From: an uncultured cyanobacterium
GTDB taxonomy: Bacteria; Cyanobacteriota; Cyanobacteriia; Cyanobacteriales; CAWCAG01
Direction: 5' to 3'
DNA: 64,000 nucleotides
Assembly: GCA_963803805.1 (NCBI GenBank)
Contig: CAWDOD010000007.1
Location: 64,001 to 128,000 of the forward strand
Shown: one piece after another, positions 1 to 9,943 of the stretch
Layout: each line of letters begins with the position of its first letter
Position numbering within the stretch: position 1 is the stretch's first letter
Position numbers and translations under genes: made by a program
The notes under the pieces: model-generated
Seen by the model: only the letters and a program-made list of their open reading frames with translations
Told to the model about the DNA's origin: nothing
The model's database searches: none

Positions 1-1
1 C

Positions 2-883
2 TTGAGTGTTATGGTCTATCGCCATATTGCCCCGGCAAAAGCTCAATTAGGATTCTCCGGTCGCTACAATTTAATTGAGGATTTTTTACAAGATTTTTAT
101 GCTGAGTCCCTCAAAGCATTCCGACGGGAGAATGAGGTTGCTGAAGATTATCAGCCTCGTACCAAGTTGCAATTAGCAGAGTATATGGCTTTTACGGAGC
201 AATATGCAAAACGCCGCATCACTTTGCCCAATGGTTACAGCCAACAATTAATTATTTTAAGGGCCCAAAGCTTCGCTCGTCGTCAACCTTCAGAAACATC
301 AGTAGATATTGAACAAGCTATTGAATTTCCTAAAGGTGAAGATGCCCAAGGGAGACATTCTTCCCATGTGGTACATGAGGTACGGGCAAAAATGGTTTCA
401 GAAAATCCTGATCCCTGGAAATCTGCAACTCGCGATCGCTTAGTTAATGCTTTGTTTGAGTACCTCGAATCTAACGGTCATTCTGACTGTGCTAATTATT
501 TAGCTTTGAAACTCCAAGATCTTCCTGCTTCAGAAATTGATGAAATTCTTGGTCTTTCTCCCCGCGAAAGAGATTATTTACAGCAACGTTTTAAGTATCA
601 TGTTGAGAAGTTCTCCCGTTCTTCTCACTGGGAATTAGTTCACCAATGGTTAGAAGCTGATTTAGAGCAAAAGCTCGGTTTAACCAACAAAGAGTGGCAA
701 TTATTCTATGATAAGCTCTCTTCTGAACAGCGCTTACTTTTAGGACTTAAGGAACTCAAGAAAGACGATGAGGAGATTGCGTTAGCTTTAGGTTGTACCC
801 TCAAAAAAGCTCAAAAGCGCTGGACTAAAGTACTAGAAATTGCTTGGAAAATTCGCAATAGCAATGAGGCCAATGGTAATTAG
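2..883 (+). CDS. HetZ-related protein (5' end outside window)
   Basis: Motifs LAEYMAFTEQYAKRRI, QQLIILRAQ and LGLSPRERDYLQQRFKYHVEKF recognised as cyanobacterial HetZ family; frame open at window edge. Confidence 0.8.
   Translation: MSVMVYRHIAPAKAQLGFSGRYNLIEDFLQDFYAESLKAFRRENEVAEDYQPRTKLQLAEYMAFTEQYAKRRITLPNGYSQQLIILRAQSFARRQPSETSVDIEQAIEFPKGEDAQGRHSSHVVHEVRAKMVSENPDPWKSATRDRLVNALFEYLESNGHSDCANYLALKLQDLPASEIDEILGLSPRERDYLQQRFKYHVEKFSRSSHWELVHQWLEADLEQKLGLTNKEWQLFYDKLSSEQRLLLGLKELKKDDEEIALALGCTLKKAQKRWTKVLEIAWKIRNSNEANGN
432..439. repeat. HIP1 octamer GCGATCGC (representative copy; many more across the window)
   Basis: GCGATCGC recurs throughout coding and intergenic DNA (e.g. 432, 34425, 37453, 57446); cyanobacterial hallmark. 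Confidence 0.95.
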
Positions 884-1224
884 TGATTGAGATGGTTACA
901 GGTTGAAAGAAACTGAAGTTAAAGGTTGTTGGCTATTTCCTCAACTCGAAATAATCCGTTAACTACTAATTGGCAACTTGTAACCCTTCTCACTATTTTT
1001 AATTAAGTAAAAATAAGTTATCTCAATAATTAGAAATTCAAACTTAAAAATAAATTCATTAATTGCTTTTATCTTCTTGAAATGATCTATACTCCAAAGC
1101 TTCGATTTAGCCTACAGTAACCCTAGGCGAACCCCACTTCTCACTCCTTGCTTATTATTTTGTTAAGGTGAATAGAAGCGACAAAAGATAATTCTCTCGT
1201 CGATTTCTTAAGACTCAAATAATT

Positions 1225-1932
1225 ATGGTAACTAGAACCCCTGTTTCTGTTTCAAACTGCCCAAAGGAACAGAATATCGAGACTTTGAAAAAAGTTTGGC
1301 AAAATATTAAAGTCGATAGCTGTCCCCATGTTTACAACTTCCATATGCACACTCTCCATTCCGATGGCAAATTAGCTCCAGAAAAGTTAATGGAACAAGC
1401 TTGTCATGCAGGGCTTAAGGGTATGGCTATTACTGATCATCATACGGTTGATGGGTATAAAATCGCTCAAAGTTGGTTGAACCAACTTGAACAAAAGCAA
1501 GTTTATGATTCTCTACCCCACTTGTGGACCGGAGTTGAGATAACCTCAGAATTGTTGGGAACAGAAGTACATATTTTAGGCTATGGTTTTAATCCCGAAG
1601 ATCCTCAACTAAAAGGTGATTATTTCCAAGGAAGTGGCCCTTTAGGTAAGCTCAAATTAGCGAAAAAAGTTATCTCTGCTTTACAAGAAGCCGGAGGTTT
1701 AGCTGTATTAGCCCATCCTTTTCGCTACCAGGTTGGAGGCGAAGAGTTAATCCCGGCGGCGGCTGAAGTAGGTATTGATGGGATAGAAACTTATTATGCC
1801 TATCGTGCCACAAATCCCTGGCAGCCAAGTCCTCAACAAACAGCAGATACTGAACTTCTCACTGAACAGTACAATTTGTTGAGGACTTGTGGAACGGATA
1901 CCCACGGTTACAATTTGATGTTGCGAATTTAA
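1225..1932 (+). CDS. PHP-domain metal-dependent phosphoesterase (TrpH/YciV-like)
   Basis: HMHTLHSDG, AITDHH, GVEIT, LAHP, GTDTH metal-binding motifs. Confidence 0.9.
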   Translation: MVTRTPVSVSNCPKEQNIETLKKVWQNIKVDSCPHVYNFHMHTLHSDGKLAPEKLMEQACHAGLKGMAITDHHTVDGYKIAQSWLNQLEQKQVYDSLPHLWTGVEITSELLGTEVHILGYGFNPEDPQLKGDYFQGSGPLGKLKLAKKVISALQEAGGLAVLAHPFRYQVGGEELIPAAAEVGIDGIETYYAYRATNPWQPSPQQTADTELLTEQYNLLRTCGTDTHGYNLMLRI

Positions 1933-2184
1933 AGGATATTAAAAGGCAAAATTCATCAAAATAATTACCCCCAAACTCATCCCTAGTAACAGCAAAGCAA
2001 GACTTATTGATTCACCTAAATGTCTTGGTGTTTGAACAGTCTTCATATTCATTTCCTCATTAATTATTAGGTTTTCTTATATATCTACAAAGATAGCAAT
2101 AGTAAGATAATAAAAATGAGAAAAAGAGACGATTCTTAGTTTAACTTGTTGTAAGTTAATATAGCCAAGCTAGTTTACTTAGTT

Positions 2185-2895
2185 TTAATTGGTTAAACCA
2201 TGTTTGAGGGCATAGCGAACTAACTCTGTACGACTATTAGTTCCGGTTTTGCCAAACAGACGACTAACATACTTTTCTACATTACGAACACTAGTTTCTA
2301 ATCGGCGAGCAATTTCTTTATTCATTAATCCTTCTGCTACTAAGTCTAAAACGCTTTGTTCCCTTGGAGTTAGTTCAATTTTTATTAAAGGAGGCGTAGT
2401 CGTAAGTCCAGGATTATTGCCTAATATACTCTTAATTTCTGCTAACTGTTGATTTATTTGCAGTAATTCCGAACTGCCTTCTGCTTCTGAAGTTGCACTC
2501 TTTCTTTGCAATAAATTCCTAACAATAGCTTCTAATTCTTCAGGATCGAAAGGTTTAGGTAAATAAGCATCACAACCTGCTTGATAACCTTGAATGCGAT
2601 CAGAAGTCATGCCTCTAGCAGTTAGAAAGATTACTGGCAAAGCAGCAAAGCGAGGATCTTCCCTTAACTTTTGCAGAAATTGATAGCCATCAACTTTAGG
2701 CATCATAATATCAGAGATGACTAAATCAGGAGTCTCTTTTTCTAATAAATCCCAAGCTTCATCAGCATTACTAGCAGCTTGAACCGCAAATTCTTCACTA
2801 TCTTCTAAATAAGCTTGTACTGATTCGCGAATGCCTGGTTCATCATCTACTAGCAGTAGTTTTTTTGGCTCTTGTTCTTGCTCTGTTGTAGACAT
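2185..2895 (-). CDS. NarL/LuxR-family response regulator (Ycf29-like)
   Basis: Receiver domain (LLVDDE, SDIMMP, FLTA, KPF) plus LuxR HTH (LTPREQSVL...NKEIARRL...VEKYVSRLFGK). Confidence 0.9.
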   Translation of the reverse strand: MSTTEQEQEPKKLLLVDDEPGIRESVQAYLEDSEEFAVQAASNADEAWDLLEKETPDLVISDIMMPKVDGYQFLQKLREDPRFAALPVIFLTARGMTSDRIQGYQAGCDAYLPKPFDPEELEAIVRNLLQRKSATSEAEGSSELLQINQQLAEIKSILGNNPGLTTTPPLIKIELTPREQSVLDLVAEGLMNKEIARRLETSVRNVEKYVSRLFGKTGTNSRTELVRYALKHGLTN

Positions 2896-3083
2896 TTGTA
2901 GTTCTTTGTTGACTTTGCTCTATTGGCGAAGCTTAGCAGCAATAGTTAATTGTACAAGCAAAGGTCAATCAATTTCCCATACAAGTTAAGGGTTAAGGGT
3001 AAAATCTTCACCCTTAACTCTTTTTCGTCAATGTTATTTACTAATCCCTATTAATCTGTAACTCTTTTCTGTAGTTTAAGCAT

Positions 3084-3440
3084 TTAACAATAAACACTTA
3101 TATCCTCACCACATTCGTCTGCTAGATAACAGAGGGCGCGGAAACGCAAGGCAACTACTTCTTCATACAGGGGATTGAGTTTACACAGAGGGGGGATTCG
3201 TATCCAAGTACGGCCAAACATTTGCACTTCTCTAGCAAAAGGGCAATAAGCTGGTATATTCTTGCAGAGGCGATGGGCAAGACTAGGTTCTTTAATTTCA
3301 ATGCCGTTTAACCAGCTACGTAAAGGACTTAGAGGTCTGAATTTACTCTTATTGGTAGAGGAGTTTAACTTTAACTTTACAAAATGTTTCCAGATGATCC
3401 CGTAGAAGTTTTGTGGTGTATGATTATTGACATTCATCAT
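3084..3440 (-). CDS. Mo-dependent nitrogenase C-terminal domain family protein (function unknown; start uncertain)
   Basis: IPAYCPFAR...IPPLCKLNPLYEEVVALRFRALCYLADECGED signature. Confidence 0.8.
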   Translation of the reverse strand: MMNVNNHTPQNFYGIIWKHFVKLKLNSSTNKSKFRPLSPLRSWLNGIEIKEPSLAHRLCKNIPAYCPFAREVQMFGRTWIRIPPLCKLNPLYEEVVALRFRALCYLADECGEDISVYC

Positions 3441-4042
3441 TTTTCCGAAACTGCTCTCCAATAGTGGGCAGGACTGCTTGGTGTGTTTTTTAGCTACAGC
3501 TACTTAATTTAGTTTTCCCAAATCTTAGGAAAGACATCTTATGGGCTATCTACAGGAATTAGGAGTGAAATGGCCAGAGCAAATAGCGAAAATGTCTCTC
3601 AGCTTCGGTTTAAAGAGCTACTCCTGAATTCTGAACTCATTTTTCTTCGACGCATCCCTAATACAATTAGTTTCCTACTCAATCAAAGCAAGATAGGTAA
3701 ATAGTGGCAGTTATTTTGCTGAGACTGATAAGTTAACTTTATGACTTTCATTTAGCTAAATTATATCTACCTCAAACACAAGGAATCGTAACATAGGTAA
3801 CAGAATAGCCTTTTTCATGCAAATGGCGGATGAAATTTGTGCGTTAAGGGGATGAAGGAAAATTTTTAAAATCAAAGAATTTTTCCTTTTTGTCAAATCT
3901 CTCAAAGCTTTGCTATATTTGGCTTTGAGGTGGATAAAAACCGGCAAATCGGTTATAATAGTTGTATACATACCACTCCAGAAATAGGTAAGATAAACAC
4001 GCCTCAATAGCGCTGCAAATAAGCATTTAACGAATAGCAAAT

Positions 4043-5761
4043 ATGTCCGAACGACCCCAACAGCAACCGCCAAGCACATCAACTTTAGAAGAAATTCGCA
4101 CCACGCGCTTAGCCAAAGTTGAACAGCTTAAAGAGGCAGGATTAGTTCCCTATGCTTACCGATGGCGCTCTTCTGCTACTGCTACCCAATTACAGGAGAA
4201 ATATAAGGATCTGTCTAACGGTGAGGAAGTAGAAGCCCAAGTAGCCATCGCTGGCAGAATTATTGCCCGTCGAGTGTTTGGTAAACTAGCCTTCTTCAAC
4301 CTTCAAGATGAAACAGGTACTATTCAGCTTTACTTGGATAAAAAGCGCATTCAAGCTGAAATGTCTAATATCGCTAACCCCTTTAATCTCTTAAAAAAGC
4401 TCACTGACGTAGGAGACATTATTGGTGTTACTGGCACGATTAAGCGTACTGAAAAAGGGGAACTTTCAGTATATGTTAGGGAGTACACTATGCTCACCAA
4501 ATCCTTACTACCCTTACCAGACAAGTGGCACGGGCTAACGGACACAGAAAAACGCTATCGCCAGCGTTATGTAGATTTAATCGTTAACCCACAAGTGCGA
4601 GAAACCTTCCGCCGTCGGGCTAAAATTACCGCAGCAATTCGCCGCTATTTAGAACAAAAAGGCTTTTTGGAAGTAGAAACCCCTGTATTGCAGGGAGAAG
4701 CGGGAGGGGCAGATGCCCGCCCCTTCGTTACTTACCACAACACCTTAGAAATGGAGTTGTACCTACGCATTGCTACAGAATTACACCTCAAACGGTTAAT
4801 TGTGGGCGGCTTTGAAAAAGTTTTTGAAATGGGTAGAATTTTCCGTAACGAAGGAATTTCCACCCGCCACAACCCAGAATTTACATCCATCGAACTCTAT
4901 CAGGCTTACGCTGACTACAACGATATGATGGAGTTAACAGAAGATTTAATTTGTATCGTTGCCCAAGAAGTTTTGGGAACTTTAGAAATTAGTTATCAAG
5001 GTACAACCATTAATTTGCAAAAGCCTTGGCAACGGGTAACAATGCAGGATTTGGTTAAGGAAAAAACGGACTTAAACTTCAGTGAATTTAAGGATTTTGC
5101 TACAGCAAAAATAGCCGCCCAAAAGGTTGGTATTGAAATTCCTCATGACTGTCAAACTCTGGGCAAATTGCTTAATGAAGCTTTTGAACAAAAAGTAGAA
5201 GCAACTTTAGTTCAACCAACTTTTGTAATGGACTTCCCAGTAGAAATTTCTCCTTTAGCTAAGCCCCACCGCTCCCAAACTGGTTTAGTAGAAAGGTTTG
5301 AACTTTATGCTACAGGTAGGGAACTAGCTAACAGTTTCTCTGAATTAACTGATCCTCTAGATCAGCGTCAAAGGTTAGAAGCACAAGCTGCTAAAAAGGC
5401 TGCCGGAGACTTGGAGGCACAGGGTGTAGATGAGGATTTCCTCGCTGCCCTAGAATATGGAATGCCTCCTACAGGAGGATTAGGTATTGGTATTGATCGT
5501 TTAGTCATGCTGTTAACTGACGCAGCAAGTATTCGAGATGTAATTGCTTTTCCTTTACTCAAAAATACTAGTGCAGTAATTAGTTCTTTTGACTACGATA
5601 CCGAAAAAAAAATCCTCAAAATTGAGTTCAACAACGACAGTAGTTATAAATACCACGACGTACCAGAAAATATCTACCAAGGTTTGAAAAATACCCCTTC
5701 TTTGGGATTGTATTTTAATACCCATATCCGAGATAAATTCGGCTGCGATCGCCTGGTATGA
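4043..5761 (+). CDS. lysS: Lysine--tRNA ligase (class II) with C-terminal KTSC domain
   Basis: [48 protein letters not shown]-terminal extension [10 protein letters not shown]...LKIEF...YKYHDVP...[11 protein letters not shown]. Confidence 0.97.
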   Translation: MSERPQQQPPSTSTLEEIRTTRLAKVEQLKEAGLVPYAYRWRSSATATQLQEKYKDLSNGEEVEAQVAIAGRIIARRVFGKLAFFNLQDETGTIQLYLDKKRIQAEMSNIANPFNLLKKLTDVGDIIGVTGTIKRTEKGELSVYVREYTMLTKSLLPLPDKWHGLTDTEKRYRQRYVDLIVNPQVRETFRRRAKITAAIRRYLEQKGFLEVETPVLQGEAGGADARPFVTYHNTLEMELYLRIATELHLKRLIVGGFEKVFEMGRIFRNEGISTRHNPEFTSIELYQAYADYNDMMELTEDLICIVAQEVLGTLEISYQGTTINLQKPWQRVTMQDLVKEKTDLNFSEFKDFATAKIAAQKVGIEIPHDCQTLGKLLNEAFEQKVEATLVQPTFVMDFPVEISPLAKPHRSQTGLVERFELYATGRELANSFSELTDPLDQRQRLEAQAAKKAAGDLEAQGVDEDFLAALEYGMPPTGGLGIGIDRLVMLLTDAASIRDVIAFPLLKNTSAVISSFDYDTEKKILKIEFNNDSSYKYHDVPENIYQGLKNTPSLGLYFNTHIRDKFGCDRLV

Positions 5762-5782
5762 TTTAAAAATAAAAATACCGTA

Positions 5783-5819
5783 ATCCCTTACTAAATCAAG
5801 CCTTGATTTAGTAAGGGAT
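5783..5819. terminator. Perfect hairpin between convergent lysS and ComFB genes; probable bidirectional terminator
   Basis: ATCCCTTACTAAATCAAG-C-CTTGATTTAGTAAGGGAT, flanked by A-rich and T-rich tracts. Confidence 0.7.
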
Positions 5820-5848
5820 CTTATTTTGTTATCACCTGATGAACTTTG

Positions 5849-6394
5849 CTAATCCTTATTTAAATTGGACTGCGGCTCAAAGTTGGATGCTAAGTTTTTT
5901 AGTAAACCGTTGACTTGTTGTAGTAATTCCCCACCAGAACTTGTCGCAATGGGCTTTCCTAAACTAGGACGATCCATACTAAGAGCGATCGCCTCACTTA
6001 CTTGCTGGCTAATTAATTCTTGAAGTTCTTCTTTAGCTCGTTGACGCTGATATTCAGCTCCTTCTTCGGTAGTAGCATAAAGGGGAACTAAGCGATTTAA
6101 AGCATAAGCCGCAATATCTCCCACATCTAGAACTTGATCGCTAGTAGCTTCAATTTCAGCAACGCGGGTTATAGCTTCACTCAAAACTAGTTCTTCCATC
6201 ACGTTAATGAATTGCTTGCGAGGCACTGCGACTACATCACCGGTTAACAGCGAACCCATGAGTCTATCTAGTGCCATATATTCTTCAATGGACAGCGCAG
6301 AGGCTGTATCGCAGATTCTGCCTACTTCTGCTTCCATAGTAGGGGTAAGATATCCATCTTTTAAAGCTTGCTCTACGATTTTTTCTATACTCAT
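5849..6394 (-). CDS. cdgR: ComFB-domain cyclic di-nucleotide receptor (CdgR-like)
   Basis: MSIEKIVEQAL..GYLTP..EAEVGRICD N-terminus; ComFB motifs FINVMEELV and DIAAYALNRL.PLYATT. Confidence 0.8.
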   Translation of the reverse strand: MSIEKIVEQALKDGYLTPTMEAEVGRICDTASALSIEEYMALDRLMGSLLTGDVVAVPRKQFINVMEELVLSEAITRVAEIEATSDQVLDVGDIAAYALNRLVPLYATTEEGAEYQRQRAKEELQELISQQVSEAIALSMDRPSLGKPIATSSGGELLQQVNGLLKNLASNFEPQSNLNKD

Positions 6395-6683
6395 AGTGTC
6401 ACAGTACTTGGCAGCATCAATACTAGATAGTTCTAGAATTTTATTTTCACAAAAGAACTAATAAACTCGGAAAAATCAACAGAAATTCAAGATACTTGGA
6501 GTAAGCTAGCTCACTAACAACATAAGTATTTTTACTATCGTTGCTGTGGGTTTTGCCTTTTATCCTCGCTCTGAATTGTACCCTTTATAGATAGATGTAT
6601 CATACCGCTAACAAATTTAGCTTACTCCTGTTTTGAATAGACTAAAGTAAAGGTAAACTTTATTCTTTAGTTATACCCAAATT

Positions 6684-7538
6684 TTACTCAATTCCCGCGA
6701 ATCTCCAAGGTACAGGATCTACGGCTAAACCATGAATGTATAGACCCCAATGAAGGTGAGGACCTGTAGAAGCACCTGTACTACCTACAGTGCCAATTCT
6801 TTGTCCTGCTTGTACAAAATCACCTTCCTGTACTTCTATGGTGTGTAAATGCAAAAATGCGCTTAGTACTCCTTGCCCATGATCCATACCGACGGTGTTA
6901 CCATTAACCCGAAACCCGGCTGACTCTCTCCCCACAAGGGCTACTTTTCCTGCTGCCGGAGCAACTACCACAGAACCAGTAGCAGCAGCATAGTCTACCC
7001 CACGATGGTAATAATCTTTGGCTAATACTCCATTGTAATAGCGGCGAACACCAAAGACGCTGGAAACGCTTCCGGAACTTGGGCGCAAAAAAGGCCCATT
7101 CCAGAATTTTTTCGGACTCACAATAGTTTTAAAATCTGCAATTCTGTCAAGTTCAATTTGGGTTGCCCCATTACCTCCTCCTTTTACCCTAATACTCTGA
7201 GTCGGAAAATTGCGCCCTCCCAAACCGACAGCAAGATTACTAACTTCACCATCACCACTGACTTTAATTTCTAATCTTCCTGGTTGATCTAAAGGGGTAG
7301 TGGGAATCAAAGTGCGGTAACGATTGCTACCAAGGGGGAAGACAGGGTAATTTTTACTTTTAGAACTTACCTGGGGTTGAGAGTTAGGTGAGGTGGTTGT
7401 GACAACCACAGAAATAGTTTCTCCTAGTTTAGGATTGTCAGGCTTAACTTGTACCTGTAAAGCTTGTGCTGGAGCTATTCCTGTTAAAATTGTGGTCACA
7501 ACACCTGAGGTTAAAGCTACTGTTTGAAATTTGAGCAT
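6684..7538 (-). CDS. M23-family metallopeptidase with signal peptide
   Basis: HRGVD, HLH and STGPHLHW zinc motifs; AQA signal cleavage site. Confidence 0.9.
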   Translation of the reverse strand: MLKFQTVALTSGVVTTILTGIAPAQALQVQVKPDNPKLGETISVVVTTTSPNSQPQVSSKSKNYPVFPLGSNRYRTLIPTTPLDQPGRLEIKVSGDGEVSNLAVGLGGRNFPTQSIRVKGGGNGATQIELDRIADFKTIVSPKKFWNGPFLRPSSGSVSSVFGVRRYYNGVLAKDYYHRGVDYAAATGSVVVAPAAGKVALVGRESAGFRVNGNTVGMDHGQGVLSAFLHLHTIEVQEGDFVQAGQRIGTVGSTGASTGPHLHWGLYIHGLAVDPVPWRFAGIE

Positions 7539-7561
7539 TCGTTGATAATTAATAACTAAAA

Positions 7562-7774
7562 TTATCCTTTAGGCTGAAGATAAGCGATCGCTTGCCGCCA
7601 AACTATAGTAGATTGTTCGTTTTCATCAGACAAACAAAGACATTGACTATCTTGCCAAACTAGTTTACCTGCCATGACATCGTTAGTAATAAGTTTGATT
7701 TCTACTGGTTGTTGTTCTTTAATGAAACCCTGAACCTTACGAATACTAGGCAAGCCAGTGTCAAATTGTTCCAT
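7562..7774 (-). CDS. hfq: Cyanobacterial Hfq
   Basis: FDTGLPSIRKVQ..VEIKL...G.LVWQD...IVWRQAIAY Sm-like pattern; divergent from dapF as is usual in cyanobacteria. Confidence 0.9.
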   Translation of the reverse strand: MEQFDTGLPSIRKVQGFIKEQQPVEIKLITNDVMAGKLVWQDSQCLCLSDENEQSTIVWRQAIAYLQPKG

Positions 7775-7855
7775 AACTAAGAAGTTCTAATAATTAAAAC
7801 TGGTTGTAAAAAGCATCAAATTCAGCTTACCCTTTTTTGTTAAGGAGAGATTACC

Positions 7856-8710
7856 GTGACAAGACAATTTACTAAATATCATGGCTTAGGTAACGATTTT
7901 ATCTTAATAGATAACCGACAAAATCCAGAGCCAGTTATTACCCCCTCTCAAGCAATGCAGATGTGCGATCGCCACTTTGGTATTGGTGCTGATGGAGTGA
8001 TTTTCGCCCTCCCAGGGCAAGATGGTACTGATTATGCTATGCGGATTTATAATTCCGATGGCTCAGAACCAGAAATGTGCGGTAATGGAATTCGTTGTTT
8101 GGCTAAATTTATTGCCACCTTAGAAGGCGGTAAAAAAGAAGAGGCTGGAACATCTTATCGTATCCATACCTTAGCCGGGGTAATGATCCCCACCATTGAA
8201 GCAAATGGTGAAGTAACTGTAGATATGGGTTTACCTCAATTAATGGCAGGGGAAATTCCAACGACAATTTGCCCAGGGGATCACAAAGTAATTGACCAAA
8301 AATTAGCTGTTGCTGGTCATAACTGGTCAGTTACCTGTGTTGGTATGGGCAACCCTCACTGTATAACCTTCGTTGAAGATACTCAAGCCATTCCCCTTGA
8401 AAAGATTGGACCTCAATTTGAGCATCATGCTGCCTTTCCCCAACGTACCAATACAGAATTCATCCAAATTATCAAGTCAGACTATCTCAAAATGCGAGTT
8501 TGGGAAAGAGGGGCTGGGATCACCTTAGCTTGTGGTACAGGAGCTTGTGCTAGCGTAGTAGCTGGAGTCCTTAATCATAAATGTGATCGCCTTTGTACTG
8601 TAGAACTTCCGGGTGGTTGTTTAAGAATTCATTGGTCAGAGTTGGATCAAAGAGTTTACATGAGTGGGCCAGCTACCAAAGTATTTGTCGGTAATTATCT
8701 TATAGACTAG
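7856..8710 (+). CDS. dapF: Diaminopimelate epimerase
   Basis: [36 protein letters not shown]. Confidence 0.97.
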   Translation: MTRQFTKYHGLGNDFILIDNRQNPEPVITPSQAMQMCDRHFGIGADGVIFALPGQDGTDYAMRIYNSDGSEPEMCGNGIRCLAKFIATLEGGKKEEAGTSYRIHTLAGVMIPTIEANGEVTVDMGLPQLMAGEIPTTICPGDHKVIDQKLAVAGHNWSVTCVGMGNPHCITFVEDTQAIPLEKIGPQFEHHAAFPQRTNTEFIQIIKSDYLKMRVWERGAGITLACGTGACASVVAGVLNHKCDRLCTVELPGGCLRIHWSELDQRVYMSGPATKVFVGNYLID

Positions 8711-8778
8711 CCAAACCATGAGAAACTATAAAACATGAGTGGCAACCAACTTTTAACCAGTAGCAAGGGAGAATGTGA

Positions 8779-9924
8779 GTGAGCGGAGGCGTATACCTCA
8801 TTCAGGAGGAAGACCAACTGGTTGAAATGGCTGAAAAACCCTATGACTCCGAAGCTTTATTGCAAGAACTCCTGGAGAGCAATCCTGGTTTACTAGCCGT
8901 AAACCGTAGAGAAGGAGCAGCTTTGAAGCCCTGGCTTTTAGTTAGGCGTAATGTAACTAACACCACCGAAGATACAATATCGGAGCGCTGGTCACTTAAT
9001 CATCTCTTTCTTGACCAGCAAGCTACTCCTACCTTGGTGGAAGTCAAAAGTAGCGACGATTCTGGTGTTCGTAGGGCAGCCATTGGCCAAATGCTTGATT
9101 ATGCTGCTAATGCCTCGGTTTATTGGCCCGTTGAATCAATTTTGACCCAATTTGAAGCTAACTGCCGGGATCAAAATCGTGACCCCGAAGATGTCTTTGA
9201 ATCTTTTCTGGGTATCAACGCTGATGAAGAAAAATTTTGGCAACAGGTCAAAACCAACTTTCAAGCGGGTAAAGTTCGCCTCATTTTTGTCGCCGATCAT
9301 ATTTCTGCTGAGTTACAGCGAGTGGTGGAATTTCTTAATAAGCAAATGGACCCGGCTGAAATTCTTGCCCTAGAAATCAAGCAGTATGCTAGCCAAAATA
9401 ACGACCTCAAAACCTTAGTTTGTAAAGTTATTGGTCAAACCGCAGAAGCACAGCAAAGAAAGACCAGAACAACCCTTGACCGCAGACAGTGGGACGAAAA
9501 TTCTTTCTTCGCAGAATACGAAATTCGCTATGGTAAGGATGAGGCGGATATTGCCAAGAAAATTTACCTCTGGGCCATTAACCAAGAGCCAAATATGGTC
9601 GTACAATGGGTGACGGGAGATGCCTATGGTGGATTTGCCGTGAAGCTTACTTGCCCAGGTAAAAAAGAGAGCAAACTGTTTTTTGTGGGCATTGATGGGG
9701 CTTTAGAAATCTCCTCTGATGCCTATGCGGATTTGCCACCTTTTGATCATCAAAATGAGTGGTTAGAGTTAAGAAATCAACTTAGTTCTATTGGTTTAGC
9801 CTTGCCCACTGAACCTAGTCAAAGAAGATTACCTAACTTTTTGTTATCCACATTGCCAGAAGGAGAAAATCTTACTCAAGTATTGACGACATTTGACTGG
9901 GTGGTTAATAGAGTTAACTGCTGA
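8779..9924 (+). CDS. Putative PD-(D/E)xK nuclease-fold protein, possibly inactive
   Basis: E..LQ..L..NP, L(N)HLFLD..LVEVK and GQMLDYAA motifs resemble NucS/Mrr-like nuclease domains. Confidence 0.55.
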   Translation: MSGGVYLIQEEDQLVEMAEKPYDSEALLQELLESNPGLLAVNRREGAALKPWLLVRRNVTNTTEDTISERWSLNHLFLDQQATPTLVEVKSSDDSGVRRAAIGQMLDYAANASVYWPVESILTQFEANCRDQNRDPEDVFESFLGINADEEKFWQQVKTNFQAGKVRLIFVADHISAELQRVVEFLNKQMDPAEILALEIKQYASQNNDLKTLVCKVIGQTAEAQQRKTRTTLDRRQWDENSFFAEYEIRYGKDEADIAKKIYLWAINQEPNMVVQWVTGDAYGGFAVKLTCPGKKESKLFFVGIDGALEISSDAYADLPPFDHQNEWLELRNQLSSIGLALPTEPSQRRLPNFLLSTLPEGENLTQVLTTFDWVVNRVNC

Positions 9925-9943
9925 ACAAAAAAAGAGTAAATCA

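Noticed and set aside
3084-3461. Nitrogenase-related domain as evidence for nitrogen fixation
   Set aside because: This domain family is widespread in cyanobacteria regardless of diazotrophy; no nif genes are in the window, and chlL/chlN are DPOR subunits
3756-4082. 108-aa minus-strand ORF
   Set aside because: Overlaps the lysS start and promoter; no recognisable motif
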